From: a candidate division WOR-3 bacterium
Lineage (GTDB): Bacteria; Hydrothermota; 32-111
Direction: 5' to 3'
DNA: 64,000 nt
Assembly: GCA_037481815.1 (NCBI GenBank)
Contig: JBBFKX010000001.1
Coordinates: 192,001-256,000 of the forward strand
A program made the position numbers and the translations under genes. The notes below the pieces were generated by a model that saw only the letters and a list, made by a program, of their open reading frames with translations, made no database searches and was not told the origin of the DNA. Positions 1 through 10,147 of the stretch are shown here, piece by piece (the stretch's first letter is position 1; every line of letters starts with the position of its first letter).

Positions 1-1097
1 AGAATGGTTATATAAAATTTTTCAAGTTTTTCTTTCTCTTTGTTCCAGTTGAACTCAGTTTGAAGTTTAGAGAAAGCGTTTTCAACAAGTTTCTGGGATA
101 GATCTCTGTTTTCAAGAACGATCAAAATTTTCTCCATTATATCTTTTGGTGATAGAGGATCAAAAAATATCGCCATATCTTTAAAGGTTGTTTTCCAGTA
201 AGGAAAATTTGACATCAAAACTGGTATTTTACAGAGAAAATATTCAAACGGTTTGTTTGGAAGAGTTGTTAGATGGTTTTTAGCAGGTAAAAAAGGTACT
301 ATTCCAATGTCACTGTTTTTTATGTATCTAAAATGTTCTCCATACGGAAAATTTCCAAGATATTTTGTAAATCTGTATCCTTTTCTCTTCTCACACTCCT
401 CTTTTAAACCTTTGTCCTGCCATTCGCCGAGAAGATGGAGTTCAACTTTTCCATCTAAAAGTTCGACCGCATCTATGAGTTGTAAAATCCCTCTTATGTA
501 AGTTAACCCGCCTGAATAAACGATTATCGGTTTTTCTCTTTCTTTTTTTATTTCATAATTTTCAATCATTATCTGTATATCTGGAAAATTTCTAAACACC
601 AGAACATTTTTGTTTTTATAAAGTTTTTTTAGATCAGGTCTTGCAACGATAACTCCATCAAAAAAATGTGAAGAAAAGAGTTCAAACAATCTGACCGATT
701 TTGCGATTAAAAATTTTAGAAGAAAAGGTTTTATATATGTTTTTTCCATTATCAAACCATAGTTGTTTTCGTGAGAATCGTAAACGACCTTTTTCCCGAA
801 CATTTTTAGGAGAACCCCTGTCAAGAGAAGTTCAGGATCGTGAAAATGATATATATCATATTCTGTTTTTACAAGTTGTAAAAAAGTATCGATGGGTGAT
901 AAAAGGATTCTTAAGAATCTATTGTTCCTTCTTTTCAATTTTAGAAAATGAAGGTTTTGTTCTTCCTTTGTTTCATTTTCCATATATGGATTGTAGTAAA
1001 AGATATTATAAAATTTTTTTAATGATTTAATCTCTTTATGATAGATTCGTACATCATAAACCTTATGAACGGTTGTGAATACAGCAATATTTTTCAT
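1..1097 (-). CDS. Glycosyltransferase family 4 (GT-B), 3' end runs off the window
   Basis: Not in the ORF track (no stop in the window). The reverse strand from ATG at 1097 reads MKNIAVFTTVHKVYDVRIYHKEIKSL..., later LPNKPFEYF and FNWNKEKEKLEKFY, typical GT4 N- and C-terminal motifs. Confidence 0.85.
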   Translation of the reverse strand, partial: MKNIAVFTTVHKVYDVRIYHKEIKSLKKFYNIFYYNPYMENETKEEQNLHFLKLKRRNNRFLRILLSPIDTFLQLVKTEYDIYHFHDPELLLTGVLLKMFGKKVVYDSHENNYGLIMEKTYIKPFLLKFLIAKSVRLFELFSSHFFDGVIVARPDLKKLYKNKNVLVFRNFPDIQIMIENYEIKKEREKPIIVYSGGLTYIRGILQLIDAVELLDGKVELHLLGEWQDKGLKEECEKRKGYRFTKYLGNFPYGEHFRYIKNSDIGIVPFLPAKNHLTTLPNKPFEYFLCKIPVLMSNFPYWKTTFKDMAIFFDPLSPKDIMEKILIVLENRDLSQKLVENAFSKLQTEFNWNKEKEKLEKFYITI

Positions 1098-1104
1098 ATC
1101 GAAG

Positions 1105-1132
1105 ATTTTAGCAAGATTTTTGAAATAATCAA
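1105..1132 (-). promoter_or_regulatory. sigma70-like promoter TTGATT-N16-TAAAAT for the GT4 gene (probably leaderless)
   Basis: Reverse complement: TTGATT atttcaaaaatcttgc TAAAAT, 7 nt before ATG, no Shine-Dalgarno (SD). Confidence 0.5.
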
Positions 1133-1148
1133 CATCTTTGATTAACTC

Positions 1149-1176
1149 TTGACTTAAATTTTTAATATGTTATTTT
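1149..1176 (+). promoter_or_regulatory. sigma70-like promoter TTGACT-N16-TATTTT upstream of rocD
   Basis: TTGACT 1149-1154, TG-n-TATTTT ending 1176, AGGAG SD before ATG 1201. Confidence 0.5.
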
Positions 1177-1200
1177 ATTAAATCAAAAAAAGGAGTTACT

Positions 1201-2409
1201 ATGAAAAAATCAAATAAACTTTTTGAAATCGAAAAAAAGTATGGTGCGAACAACTATCATCCACTCGATGTTTGTCTCGCAAAAGGTAAAGGCATCTGGG
1301 TTTGGGATACTGAAGGTAAAAAATATCTTGATTTTTTGAGTTCCTATTCTGCTGTGAATCAGGGACATTGCAATCCAAAAATAGCAAGTGCTGCAATAAA
1401 ACAGATGAAAAAACTTACTCTAACGAGTAGGGCTTTTCATAACGATCAACTTCCATTATTTTATGAAAAACTTTGTAAACTCGCAAAGATGGACAAAATG
1501 TTACCGATGAATTCTGGAGCTGAAGCTGTTGAAACAGCTCTTAAAGCAATAAGAAAATGGGGATACACTGTTAAAGGAGTTGAAAAGGATAAAGCAGAGA
1601 TCATCGTTTCAAGAAACAATTTTCATGGTAGAACGATTACAGTTATTTCTTTCTCATCAGAATTTCAGTATAAGGATGGATTTGGTCCTTTAACACCTGG
1701 TTTTGTTGAAATACCTTTCGGTGATGCGGATGCACTTGAACAGGCGATCACTCCAAACACTGTTGCATTTTTAACTGAACCAATACAGGGTGAAGGTGGA
1801 ATTATAATTCCAAAAGAGGGATTTTTAAAAAGAGCACAGGAGATATGTCAAAAGAACAATGTTCTCTTTATTCTTGATGAAATACAGACAGGGCTTTGTA
1901 GAACAGGTAAACTTTTTGCTCATCAATGGGAAGATGGAGTTAAACCTGATGGACTCATTCTTGGAAAAGCGCTTTCTGGTGGTTACTATCCTGTTAGTGC
2001 TTTCCTTGCCAAAAAAGAAGTTATGGATGTTTTCAAACCTGGTGACCATGGTTCAACTTTTGGTGGAAATCCACTCGCATCAGCGATCGCTGTGGCATCA
2101 CTTGATGTTCTTATCAAAGAAAAACTTGATAAGAATGCACTGAAGATGGGAAACTATTTTATGAAACTTCTAAAATCGATAAAATCTGATTACATAAAGG
2201 AAGTTAGAGGAAGAGGCCTTTTGATCGGTGTTGAACTCCACGAGAGTGCAGGTGGGGCAAGAAGATTCTGTGAAGCACTGATGAAAGAGGGACTTCTCTG
2301 TAAAGAAACACATGAAAATATAATCAGATTCGCTCCTCCTCTTGTTATAAAGAAAAAGGATATCGATTGGGCTTTTGCGAAAATAGAAAAAGTGTTTAAA
2401 ACGATATAA
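1201..2409 (+). CDS. rocD: Ornithine--oxo-acid transaminase
   Basis: Class III PLP aminotransferase motifs YSAVNQGHC, MNSGAEAVETA, FHGRT, DEIQTG, LGKALSGG, HGSTFGGNP. Confidence 0.93.
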   Translation: MKKSNKLFEIEKKYGANNYHPLDVCLAKGKGIWVWDTEGKKYLDFLSSYSAVNQGHCNPKIASAAIKQMKKLTLTSRAFHNDQLPLFYEKLCKLAKMDKMLPMNSGAEAVETALKAIRKWGYTVKGVEKDKAEIIVSRNNFHGRTITVISFSSEFQYKDGFGPLTPGFVEIPFGDADALEQAITPNTVAFLTEPIQGEGGIIIPKEGFLKRAQEICQKNNVLFILDEIQTGLCRTGKLFAHQWEDGVKPDGLILGKALSGGYYPVSAFLAKKEVMDVFKPGDHGSTFGGNPLASAIAVASLDVLIKEKLDKNALKMGNYFMKLLKSIKSDYIKEVRGRGLLIGVELHESAGGARRFCEALMKEGLLCKETHENIIRFAPPLVIKKKDIDWAFAKIEKVFKTI

Positions 2410-2415
2410 AAACTA

Positions 2416-2443
2416 TTGACATTTTTAATAATTTTGATATAAA
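2416..2443 (+). promoter_or_regulatory. sigma70-like promoter of the tRNA operon
   Basis: TTGACA 2416-2421, N16, TATAAA 2438-2443 (TAAAAT at N18 is an alternative). Confidence 0.6.
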
Positions 2444-2456
2444 ATGTTCTCAAAGA

Positions 2457-2532
2457 GCGGGAATAGCTCAGTTGGTAGAGCGTCACCTTGCCAAGGTGAG
2501 TGTCGCGGGTTCAAGTCCCGTTTCCCGCTCCA
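2457..2532 (+). tRNA. tRNA-Gly(GCC)
   Basis: GCGGGAA acceptor stem, anticodon arm TCACC-TT-GCC-AA-GGTGA, GTTCAAGTC T-loop, encoded CCA. Confidence 0.96.
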
Positions 2533-2542
2533 TTTTTTTGTT

Positions 2543-2614
2543 GGCGGTATAGCCAAGTGGTAAGGCGACGGTCTGCAAAACCGTTATTCTCCGGTTCAAA
2601 TCCGGATGCCGCCT
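2543..2614 (+). tRNA. tRNA-Cys(GCA)
   Basis: GGCGGTA/TGCCGCC acceptor, arm ACGGT-CT-GCA-AA-ACCGT, GTTCAAATC, U73. Confidence 0.95.
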
Positions 2615-2617
2615 TAA

Positions 2618-2703
2618 GCCGGAGTGATGGAATTGGTAGACATAGCGGACTTAAAATCCGCTGGGACTTCAATCCCGTGCCGGTTCGAGTCCGGCCTCCG
2701 GCA
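2618..2703 (+). tRNA. tRNA-Leu(TAA)
   Basis: GCCGGAG/CTCCGGC acceptor, arm GCGGA-CT-TAA-AA-TCCGC, long variable arm; the Gly-Cys-Leu order matches glyW-cysT-leuZ. Confidence 0.95.
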
Positions 2704-2717
2704 AATTAATAGTGATT

Positions 2718-3302
2718 ATGTCTTTTAAAAAAAAACTGTTTCTTTTAATTTTCATTGTTTCAATCTTAATTCCAGGTTGTTTTAAAAAGAATGACAGATA
2801 TCTTTCTTTTTTTCTAAGTAAAATTGATAAAGAATATTCTTTTTTAAAAGATCTGGATAAAAAAGATGTGGTAACAAAGAGTGATGTTGCATATCTTTTC
2901 GGGGTCTATTTTCCTGAGGATGTTTATGTTTACAGAGATGAAATACCTTTTGATATAAAAATGTTTCCCAAAAATGAAATCCTTTATGCACAGGTCAAGA
3001 GAGGAATAATACCTTCACTTCCAGATAAAACCTTCAAACCGGATACACCAGTTCTGAGGTATCAACTTGCGGTTTTCCTTTATACTTTTATATTGAATAA
3101 TGGGTATCTTTCAAATTTTAAAATGAATGTTGCCGAGATAAAAGATGTTGGAGAAAATTTTTTTGCATACAAACCGATATCAAGTATTGTATTTCTTGGA
3201 ATAATGGAACTTGAGGATGGATTTTTCTATCCGTACAAGACCGTTACAGGATATGAACTTATAAAATTTTTTTACAGGTTAAACAACCTTTTTTATAAAT
3301 AA
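2718..3302 (+). CDS. Lipoprotein with S-layer homology (SLH)-like repeats
   Basis: Signal peptide ending ILIPGC; SLH-like segments FKPDTPVLRYQLAVFL and FYPYKTVTGYELIKF. Confidence 0.65.
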   Translation: MSFKKKLFLLIFIVSILIPGCFKKNDRYLSFFLSKIDKEYSFLKDLDKKDVVTKSDVAYLFGVYFPEDVYVYRDEIPFDIKMFPKNEILYAQVKRGIIPSLPDKTFKPDTPVLRYQLAVFLYTFILNNGYLSNFKMNVAEIKDVGENFFAYKPISSIVFLGIMELEDGFFYPYKTVTGYELIKFFYRLNNLFYK

Positions 3303-3305
3303 ATA

Positions 3306-4526
3306 ATGTCGATAAAAATTTCAAAAATAAAACAGAATTCTCTTTTTAAAAAATATTCTATATCTGAAGGAGATAGAATAATTTCTATAAATGGGAGAGA
3401 AGTTTTTGACTTCCTTGGTGTAATCTATGAAACCTCTTTTGAAAAAATGGTTTTCAAGGTTAAAAAGAAGAATGGTGAGATCAGAGAGTTCGATGTTGAA
3501 AAAAAGGATTACAAAAAAATAAATGTAGAGTTTGAAGAAGGTGAAAGAAGAAAATGCAACAACAAATGTATATTCTGTTTTGTGGATCAGAATCCTGAAG
3601 GATTGAGAAAAAGTTTGTATTTTAAAGATGATGATTACAGAGAATCTTTCGAGTATGGAAATTTTATAACACTTTCAAATTTGAACGAAAGATTGTTGAA
3701 AAATATAGTTGAACATAAAATATCACCTCTTTATGTTTCAATTCACTCTGTTGATGATAATTTAAGAAAAAAAATTTTTGGTGTTGAGAATAGAATTGAA
3801 AAACTTGAAAAACTTATTGAGGGTGAAATCAAAATTCATGGGCAGGTTGTTCTTATGAGGAACATAAACGATGGAAGGTATCTTGAGCAGACGATTGAAT
3901 ATTCAGCGCAAAAAAAATTCCTGTCTCTCGGTATAGTCCCAATGGGTGTCACAAAGTACAGAAAAGATTTGTCAAAATTTTTACCAATAGATAAAGAGTA
4001 TTCAAAAAACTTGATAACTTTTGTTGAAAATTTAAAAGATAGATTGCACTATAAAAAAGTTTATCTTGCTGATGAATTTTTTTTAAAAGCTGAAGAGAAA
4101 ATCCCTCCAAAAGGTTATTATCATTCCTTCCCTCAATATGAAAATGGTATAGGTATGGTGAGAAATTTTATCGATGAAACATCAGAATTTAAAAACAAAA
4201 AACTTAAAAAAGGTTTTGCAATATTAACTGGTAAAAGTTTTGGAGAATTTTTGATAAAAAATAATTTTTTTAATTCAACAGGGATTTTACCTGTTATGAA
4301 CAGATTCTTTGGCGAAATGGTTACAGTTACAGGACTTTTATCGGGAGAGGATATTATTAAAACGATGAAAAATACAGGGTTCAAAAACTATTTGATCTAT
4401 AAAAGAGTTTTTAATGAAGATGGTTTAACACTTGATAATTACACAAAAAACGATATTATAAAAAAGAGTGGTAAAAACCTTATCATACTTAAAAACATTT
4501 TCGATATAGTGAGGTATACAGAATGA
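3306..4526 (+). CDS. PDZ + radical SAM-like Fe-S protein (DUF512 family)
   Basis: GDRIISING (PDZ-like), CNNKCIFCFVDQ, LYFKDDDYR, FPQYENGIG, VTVTGLL; usual position upstream of der. Confidence 0.88.
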   Translation: MSIKISKIKQNSLFKKYSISEGDRIISINGREVFDFLGVIYETSFEKMVFKVKKKNGEIREFDVEKKDYKKINVEFEEGERRKCNNKCIFCFVDQNPEGLRKSLYFKDDDYRESFEYGNFITLSNLNERLLKNIVEHKISPLYVSIHSVDDNLRKKIFGVENRIEKLEKLIEGEIKIHGQVVLMRNINDGRYLEQTIEYSAQKKFLSLGIVPMGVTKYRKDLSKFLPIDKEYSKNLITFVENLKDRLHYKKVYLADEFFLKAEEKIPPKGYYHSFPQYENGIGMVRNFIDETSEFKNKKLKKGFAILTGKSFGEFLIKNNFFNSTGILPVMNRFFGEMVTVTGLLSGEDIIKTMKNTGFKNYLIYKRVFNEDGLTLDNYTKNDIIKKSGKNLIILKNIFDIVRYTE

Positions 4527-5836
4527 ACATTGTTTCTATAGTAGGAAAACCAAATGTAGGGAAATCAACTCTTTTCAATGCTCTTCTTGGAAGAAGGGAT
4601 GCTGTTGTTCACTCAACACCAAATCTAACAAGGGATAGACATTATGATAGAATTGAAATAGATAACAGGGAATTTGTGATTATTGATACAGGAGGAATTG
4701 AGGAAAATCCAAAAAAAGTAACCTTCAGTGAACTTGTTGAACAACAGGTTGATATAGCTATAAACCAATCGGATCTGATCCTTTTTGTTGTGGACAACAA
4801 AAATGGTATCACAGGTGATGATCACTATATTGCAAACAAACTTAGAAGTAGAAAAGATGATGTGATACTTGTTGTAAACAAATGTGATGAATATGAGAGT
4901 TTATTGGATTCCGAAATTTTTAAACTTGGATTTGAAAATTATATCCAGATTTCTGCTGAACATAAGTTGAACATTTCCTCTTTAAAAGAGATCATGGTAT
5001 CAAGATACAAAAAAGTTGAAAGGGATCAGTTCTTTAAAGATGGATTAAAGATCGCAATAGTTGGAAAACCGAATACAGGAAAATCAACAATAGTGAACGC
5101 ACTTTTAAATGAAAACAGGATGATAGTTTCCGATATCCCTGGAACAACAAGAGATTCTATAGATTCCTATCTTGAATATGAAAATAAAAATTTTGTATTA
5201 ATCGATACGGCAGGTATCAGGAGAGCATCAAAAATTAAAGAACCAACAGAATATTATACGATTCTTCGAAGTAAACTTGCAATGGAAAGAGCCGATGTTG
5301 TTGCGGTTGTAATGGATATAAATGAGAAAGTTACATTTCAGGATAAAAAGATACTTGGAGAATCCCTTTCACTTTTAAAACCCACATTGGTTGTTTTCAA
5401 TAAGACAGATCTTATAACTGAAATCGAGAAAACAAGATTTTACAAAGAAGTTCTTGAGAATCTTGAGTTTGGAGAATTTTTACCAAAACTTTTCATTTCA
5501 GCAAAGGAGAAAAAACATATTTATAAAATACTTGAAAAATCTTATGAATTAAAAAGTAAATTACCCGCAAAATTCAAAAAAAGTTTATTGAATTCGATAC
5601 TTTTTGAAGAGATAATACCAAACTTTAAACACCCTGTATTGAAAACTGGAAAAAGACCAAGGTTTTACAGTTTAACTCAAAAGTCAGTTGATCCAGTTGT
5701 TTTCATACTCAGAGTTAACGATCCAGAAAATATTGACAGGAATTATAGAAGATATATAATTAACAAAATAAGAGAGGTATTGAAATTGTCAGAGATTCCA
5801 TTCGATGTTGAATTGAGGAGTAAGGATGATAATTAA
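4523..5836 (+). CDS. der: Ribosome biogenesis GTPase Der (EngA)
   Basis: Two G domains: GKPNVGKS/DTGG/NKCD and GKPNTGKS/DTAG/NKTD. Confidence 0.96.
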   Translation: MNIVSIVGKPNVGKSTLFNALLGRRDAVVHSTPNLTRDRHYDRIEIDNREFVIIDTGGIEENPKKVTFSELVEQQVDIAINQSDLILFVVDNKNGITGDDHYIANKLRSRKDDVILVVNKCDEYESLLDSEIFKLGFENYIQISAEHKLNISSLKEIMVSRYKKVERDQFFKDGLKIAIVGKPNTGKSTIVNALLNENRMIVSDIPGTTRDSIDSYLEYENKNFVLIDTAGIRRASKIKEPTEYYTILRSKLAMERADVVAVVMDINEKVTFQDKKILGESLSLLKPTLVVFNKTDLITEIEKTRFYKEVLENLEFGEFLPKLFISAKEKKHIYKILEKSYELKSKLPAKFKKSLLNSILFEEIIPNFKHPVLKTGKRPRFYSLTQKSVDPVVFILRVNDPENIDRNYRRYIINKIREVLKLSEIPFDVELRSKDDN

Positions 5837-6446
5837 AGTTATTATTTTTTGTATTTTGTCATATCTTTTTTCAGGTATACCTTTCGCTTTTATCATTTCG
5901 AAACTATTTTTAAAAATAGATATCAGAAAAGTTGGAAGTGGAAATGTTGGAGCAACCAATGTGTACAGAGTCGGTGGATGGAAATATGGTGTTATTGTTT
6001 TTATTTTAGATTTTTTAAAAGGCTTTATTCCAACATTGGTTTCGGTTTTTTATTTTGACAAGAACCTTGAGATTTCAACGATCGTTGCAATATCAACTGT
6101 GTTGGGACATATGTTTACACCTTATCTGAAATTTAAAGGAGGTAAAGGTGCTGCCACATCTTTTGGAAGTTTTCTGGTGCTATTCCCAATCGAAATTTTA
6201 ATATGTGCTATTTTTTTTCTTATATCAGTGATTATCACAAGAATAGTTGCTGTTGGAACGATAATATCAGCGCTGCTTTTCCCAGTAGTCTATTTTGTGA
6301 TTGGAAAACTGCTGGATATAACTTTTCCTTTTAAAAAATTTTCTAATATCGATTTTGTTTTAATTCTAATCGTTGTTATTTTTATAATCTTAAAACATAA
6401 AAGTAACATTGAAAGATTGATTAAAGGGAATGAAAACAGAATATAG
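5826..6446 (+). CDS. plsY: Glycerol-3-phosphate acyltransferase PlsY
   Basis: GSGNVGATN, GHMF..FKGGKG, HKSNIERL. Confidence 0.95.
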   Translation: MIIKVIIFCILSYLFSGIPFAFIISKLFLKIDIRKVGSGNVGATNVYRVGGWKYGVIVFILDFLKGFIPTLVSVFYFDKNLEISTIVAISTVLGHMFTPYLKFKGGKGAATSFGSFLVLFPIEILICAIFFLISVIITRIVAVGTIISALLFPVVYFVIGKLLDITFPFKKFSNIDFVLILIVVIFIILKHKSNIERLIKGNENRI

Positions 6447-6783
6447 AAAAAGATATTATTCGATAAAGGAGGTTTCTCAGATTACAGGACTGAGAAGTTA
6501 TGTTTTAAGATACTGGGAGACCGTTTTCCCAAAGTTAAAACCGATGAAACATTCGGTTAATGGAAGAAGGATGTATACTGAAAAGGATATTGAAACAGTT
6601 AAAAAAATTAAAGAATTGTTGTATGAAAAAAAATATACGATAAAAGGAGCGAATGAAGTTATGAATTCAAAAGTTGAAATCGTTCAACTCAACCTTGATT
6701 TTGAAAATGGAAAAAGTTTTTTGAAAGGGGAGGTTAAGAGGAAGTTAAACGAAGTAATTAACCTATTAAGGGGGGAAAAATGA
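6430..6783 (+). CDS. MerR-family transcriptional regulator
   Basis: YSIKEVSQITGLRSYVLRYWE...GRRMY MerR HTH. Confidence 0.88.
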   Translation: MKTEYRKRYYSIKEVSQITGLRSYVLRYWETVFPKLKPMKHSVNGRRMYTEKDIETVKKIKELLYEKKYTIKGANEVMNSKVEIVQLNLDFENGKSFLKGEVKRKLNEVINLLRGEK

Positions 6784-7817
6784 GAAATAAGATAAGAATC
6801 TATCTTCTTGATGATAGCATTACTGTTACAACATTTTTGAGTAAGTCCTTGACTTCACTCGGTTATGTTGTCTACGCTGATAACGACCCAAACAAGTGCA
6901 TCAAAAGGATAAAGGAATTTTTACCTGATATTATTATTCTTGACATAGATTTGAACGAATTCAACGGAATCGATATCTGTCGTGAGATACAGGAAGATAA
7001 ACAACTCAAAGAGATACCTGTCATATTCCTTTCACATCTGACAGATACTGCAACAGTTGCTGAAGGACTGGAGGCAGGAGCGGTTGACTACATTTACAAA
7101 CCGATAGATATCAATCAACTCGATTCAAGAATAAAAATCATTTTGAAGATGATTGAAGATATGAAGGATAACATAAAACTCGCAAAGATGAACATAATAA
7201 AAGCTTCAGTGATCACGATGCATCATGAGTTAAATCAGCCACTTTCTGTGATCCTGCTTTCAACGGAGATGCTTGAAAAAAAATTGGGTAACAAGTTAAC
7301 AGAGAAAGAAAAAAGATTGATTGAAAGGATAAAAAACAGTTTGAACAAGATAAACGATATTTTGAAAAGGTTTGCTGTTGTTCATGAAAATGATCCTGAA
7401 CTTATTCCATACACCGATGATTCTCAGAAGATCAAACTTCCACCATCATCAAAAACCGAAAAAGTTCTAATAATAGATGATGAAAAAGAGGTAAGGGAAT
7501 CGATTATCGATGTTTTAAACGAAGAGGGAATAGAAACTATTCAATCTGAGAATATAAAGGATGCTATAGAGATTATAGAAAAAGGTAAGGAAAAAATTTC
7601 GATGATATTCTGTGATATAAGAATAAAGAATGAGTCGGGATCAGAAGTTTTTCATCTTGTAAGAAAAAATTATCCAGATATCAAGTTTGTTTTTATCACA
7701 GGGTTTTCTATCCCCGCTGAAGTTAAAAGAATAATCAGAGAGTTTAAAATACCACTTTTGAAAAAACCGTTTTCAAGAAGATCAATACTTTCCTTATTAA
7801 AAAAGATGGATCAGTAG
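6780..7817 (+). CDS. REC-HisKA(DHp)-REC signalling protein without an ATPase domain
   Basis: N-terminal receiver (LLDD, ILDI, YKP), H-box HHELNQPL, C-terminal receiver (IIDD, FCDI, KKP). Confidence 0.8.
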   Translation: MRNKIRIYLLDDSITVTTFLSKSLTSLGYVVYADNDPNKCIKRIKEFLPDIIILDIDLNEFNGIDICREIQEDKQLKEIPVIFLSHLTDTATVAEGLEAGAVDYIYKPIDINQLDSRIKIILKMIEDMKDNIKLAKMNIIKASVITMHHELNQPLSVILLSTEMLEKKLGNKLTEKEKRLIERIKNSLNKINDILKRFAVVHENDPELIPYTDDSQKIKLPPSSKTEKVLIIDDEKEVRESIIDVLNEEGIETIQSENIKDAIEIIEKGKEKISMIFCDIRIKNESGSEVFHLVRKNYPDIKFVFITGFSIPAEVKRIIREFKIPLLKKPFSRRSILSLLKKMDQ

Positions 7818-8404
7818 GGAAGTAAAACATCTTTTTCTAAAATTTTAAAACTGTTTGGAAACAATTTTTCAACTTTTTCCTTAAGATTTTCTTCCAGATA
7901 AATCTTTATTGTAATTTTTTCCGTGAACTTTTCTTCCAGAATTTTATGTTTTACTTGTTTGATAAAATATAAAAATTCGTTGTAATCCTGATATCCGAAA
8001 GAAAATTCAAAAAGATAAAATTTTTCGAGTTTTTTAATTTTAGAATTTTTTACAGTTTCTATAGCACATTTTGAGTACGCACGGACAAGTCCTGAAGCCC
8101 CAAGTTTTATACCACCAAAAAATCTTATAACCGTTAAAAGTGTAAAGTAAAGATCATTCTTATCTAGAACGTTAAAAACAGGAAGCCCTGCACTATTTTT
8201 GGGTTCTTTATCATCTGTATAGTAAAATTCATCCTTTGTAAATCGATAAGCATAAACTATATGTGAATATCCTTTGTTCTCTGTTTTTAAAATATTTAAA
8301 AATTCTTTAACTTCTTTTTGATCATGTACGAAAAAAGCCCTTCCGATGAAAATCGAGTTTTTTTCAATTAGTGTTACCTTTTTTGATTCGATTATTGTCT
8401 TCAA
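7811..8404 (-). CDS. yigZ: YigZ/IMPACT family protein
   Basis: EKNSIF, HIVYAYR, DDKEP..SAG, RFFGGIKLGASGLVRAY. Confidence 0.9.
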   Translation of the reverse strand: MKTIIESKKVTLIEKNSIFIGRAFFVHDQKEVKEFLNILKTENKGYSHIVYAYRFTKDEFYYTDDKEPKNSAGLPVFNVLDKNDLYFTLLTVIRFFGGIKLGASGLVRAYSKCAIETVKNSKIKKLEKFYLFEFSFGYQDYNEFLYFIKQVKHKILEEKFTEKITIKIYLEENLKEKVEKLFPNSFKILEKDVLLPY

Positions 8405-9302
8405 ATCTGTTTCCTTTTTTGAAATTTGTTAATGAGAAAATTATTAAAATGATTCCAATAAATTGGTATAGATTTAATTTTTCTTTCAATATGATTACTC
8501 CAAGTATTGAACCAAGAAGTGGTTTAAGAAAAAAGATCATAGATCCATCAACAACGTTTAACCTTTTAAAACCTTCATAGTAAAATAAGTATCCGCATCC
8601 CGTTACAAAAAAACCAAGATAAATTAAAAATAATAAATTTGAAATATTAAGATTTTTCAATAAAAAATTATTTTGATATAATATGAAAGGAAATAGTAAA
8701 ATTATCCCTGTAAAAAATGAAATAAAGTTTACTATGATCGGGCTGTTATTTTTTAAAAACCTTTTTGAAAGGAAAGTAAAAAGTGCAAAGAAAAATGATG
8801 ATAGTAGTCCAGTTATAGATGGAACATAACTTATTTCTTTAGTGATCTTTCGTGAGAATATGATAAGAAAAAATATACCTATAATACCTAAAAATATTTT
8901 GATCAATTTGATCCTGTCAAACTCTTTGAAAAACACAAGATTTAAAATATAAACAAAAATCGGATGACTTCCAATTAAAACAGCCGCTATCGATGCGTTC
9001 CCCCTTTCAACTGAATATTGTAAAAGAAGCATGGAGATGAAAATGTTCACAAAGCCAAGAGAGGAGAGTTTGAGAAATGTTTTCACATCCAGATTTTCTA
9101 ATTCTTTTTTCAAGTCCTTTTTAAAAACTATAAAAAAAATAAAAACAAATGTCCCTAAAAAAAATCTTAAAAAAGTTAACTGTATAAAATTGAAATCATT
9201 TGAAATTAATTTTGAAGTCAATTCCATAGTTGAAAATAAAAAAACAGAAACCGATAAAAATATTATACCAACCATATATGCATAATAAACCTCATCTTTC
9301 AT
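8364..9302 (-). CDS. DMT/EamA family transporter
   Basis: About 10 TM helices in two EamA-like repeats; FLRFF, P..GSILGVIILKE.L. Confidence 0.88.
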   Translation of the reverse strand: MKDEVYYAYMVGIIFLSVSVFLFSTMELTSKLISNDFNFIQLTFLRFFLGTFVFIFFIVFKKDLKKELENLDVKTFLKLSSLGFVNIFISMLLLQYSVERGNASIAAVLIGSHPIFVYILNLVFFKEFDRIKLIKIFLGIIGIFFLIIFSRKITKEISYVPSITGLLSSFFFALFTFLSKRFLKNNSPIIVNFISFFTGIILLFPFILYQNNFLLKNLNISNLLFLIYLGFFVTGCGYLFYYEGFKRLNVVDGSMIFFLKPLLGSILGVIILKEKLNLYQFIGIILIIFSLTNFKKGNRFEDNNRIKKGNTN

Positions 9303-9382
9303 GTTGTCAACAAATTAAACGTTTGTAATGAAAAAATGCCCACCGTTTTAGTTATAAATTCTTTAAAATGATATCTTAAGTT

Positions 9383-9399
9383 TGGCATAAATAATGTTA
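9383..9399 (+). promoter_or_regulatory. Putative sigma-54 promoter (variant -12, GG-N10-GT)
   Basis: TGGCATAAATAATGTTA upstream of response regulator 9428. Confidence 0.45.
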
Positions 9400-9427
9400 T
9401 CAATTTAGTTAGTAAAAAGGAGAAATT

Positions 9428-10147
9428 ATGAAAATAGGAATTCTTGAAGACAGTGAAACTTTCGCTAACGCTTTGAGAGATATTCTTGTTCTAAAAAAAC
9501 ATGTTGTTCATCTTTTATACAAACATCCTTTGATGATCAGTAAAACTGATATAGAAAACCTTGATGTTTTAATCCTTGACATTTATTTGGGTTCAAATTA
9601 TGGAATCAACATTATAAATCAGTTGAAAAAAATGGATCTTTTCTTAACAATTGTTATCGTTACAGCAAGTCCAAATCAGAACTTGAAAGATATATTGAAA
9701 GGACTAGGTGTTCATTATTTGATCGAAAAACCTTTCCACTATGAGGAACTTGATGGTATTTTGAAGGAAATCGAAGAGTTTTATTTTATAATCGAAAATT
9801 TTCTCAAAGCGGAAGATCATGAAAAAAATATATTACTCTTAACCGATACTCCAAACGTCAAAATATTGAAAAGATTAAAGAGGTTGAAAATAGAGGAGTT
9901 TCTTGATTTTGATTTTGAAAATGATCAAGATAACAATTATTACCTCGAATTTTCATTACTTAACAACAGTGATCATATTTATAAAATAATTGATAAATTA
10001 AAATTTATTCAAAAAAGAAAAAAAATAGTTTTACATTTAAAAAACAGTATAGAAGAATTAAAATCTGAGTGTGATAAAAATCGAATTTTGAAAAATTTTA
10101 TACATGAAAAATGTTATCTTGTATCGAATTCCTTGAAAGTGTCATAA
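9428..10147 (+). CDS. Response regulator (REC + unknown C-terminal domain)
   Basis: ILEDS, ILDIYL, VTAS, EKPF receiver motifs. Confidence 0.8.
   Translation: MKIGILEDSETFANALRDILVLKKHVVHLLYKHPLMISKTDIENLDVLILDIYLGSNYGINIINQLKKMDLFLTIVIVTASPNQNLKDILKGLGVHYLIEKPFHYEELDGILKEIEEFYFIIENFLKAEDHEKNILLLTDTPNVKILKRLKRLKIEEFLDFDFENDQDNNYYLEFSLLNNSDHIYKIIDKLKFIQKRKKIVLHLKNSIEELKSECDKNRILKNFIHEKCYLVSNSLKVS

Noticed and set aside
253..1030. + strand ORFs 253-501 and 701-1030
   Set aside because: They are antisense shadows of the minus-strand GT4 gene (1097 to the window edge).
2500..2709. 69-aa ORF
   Set aside because: Lies over the Gly-Cys-Leu tRNA genes.
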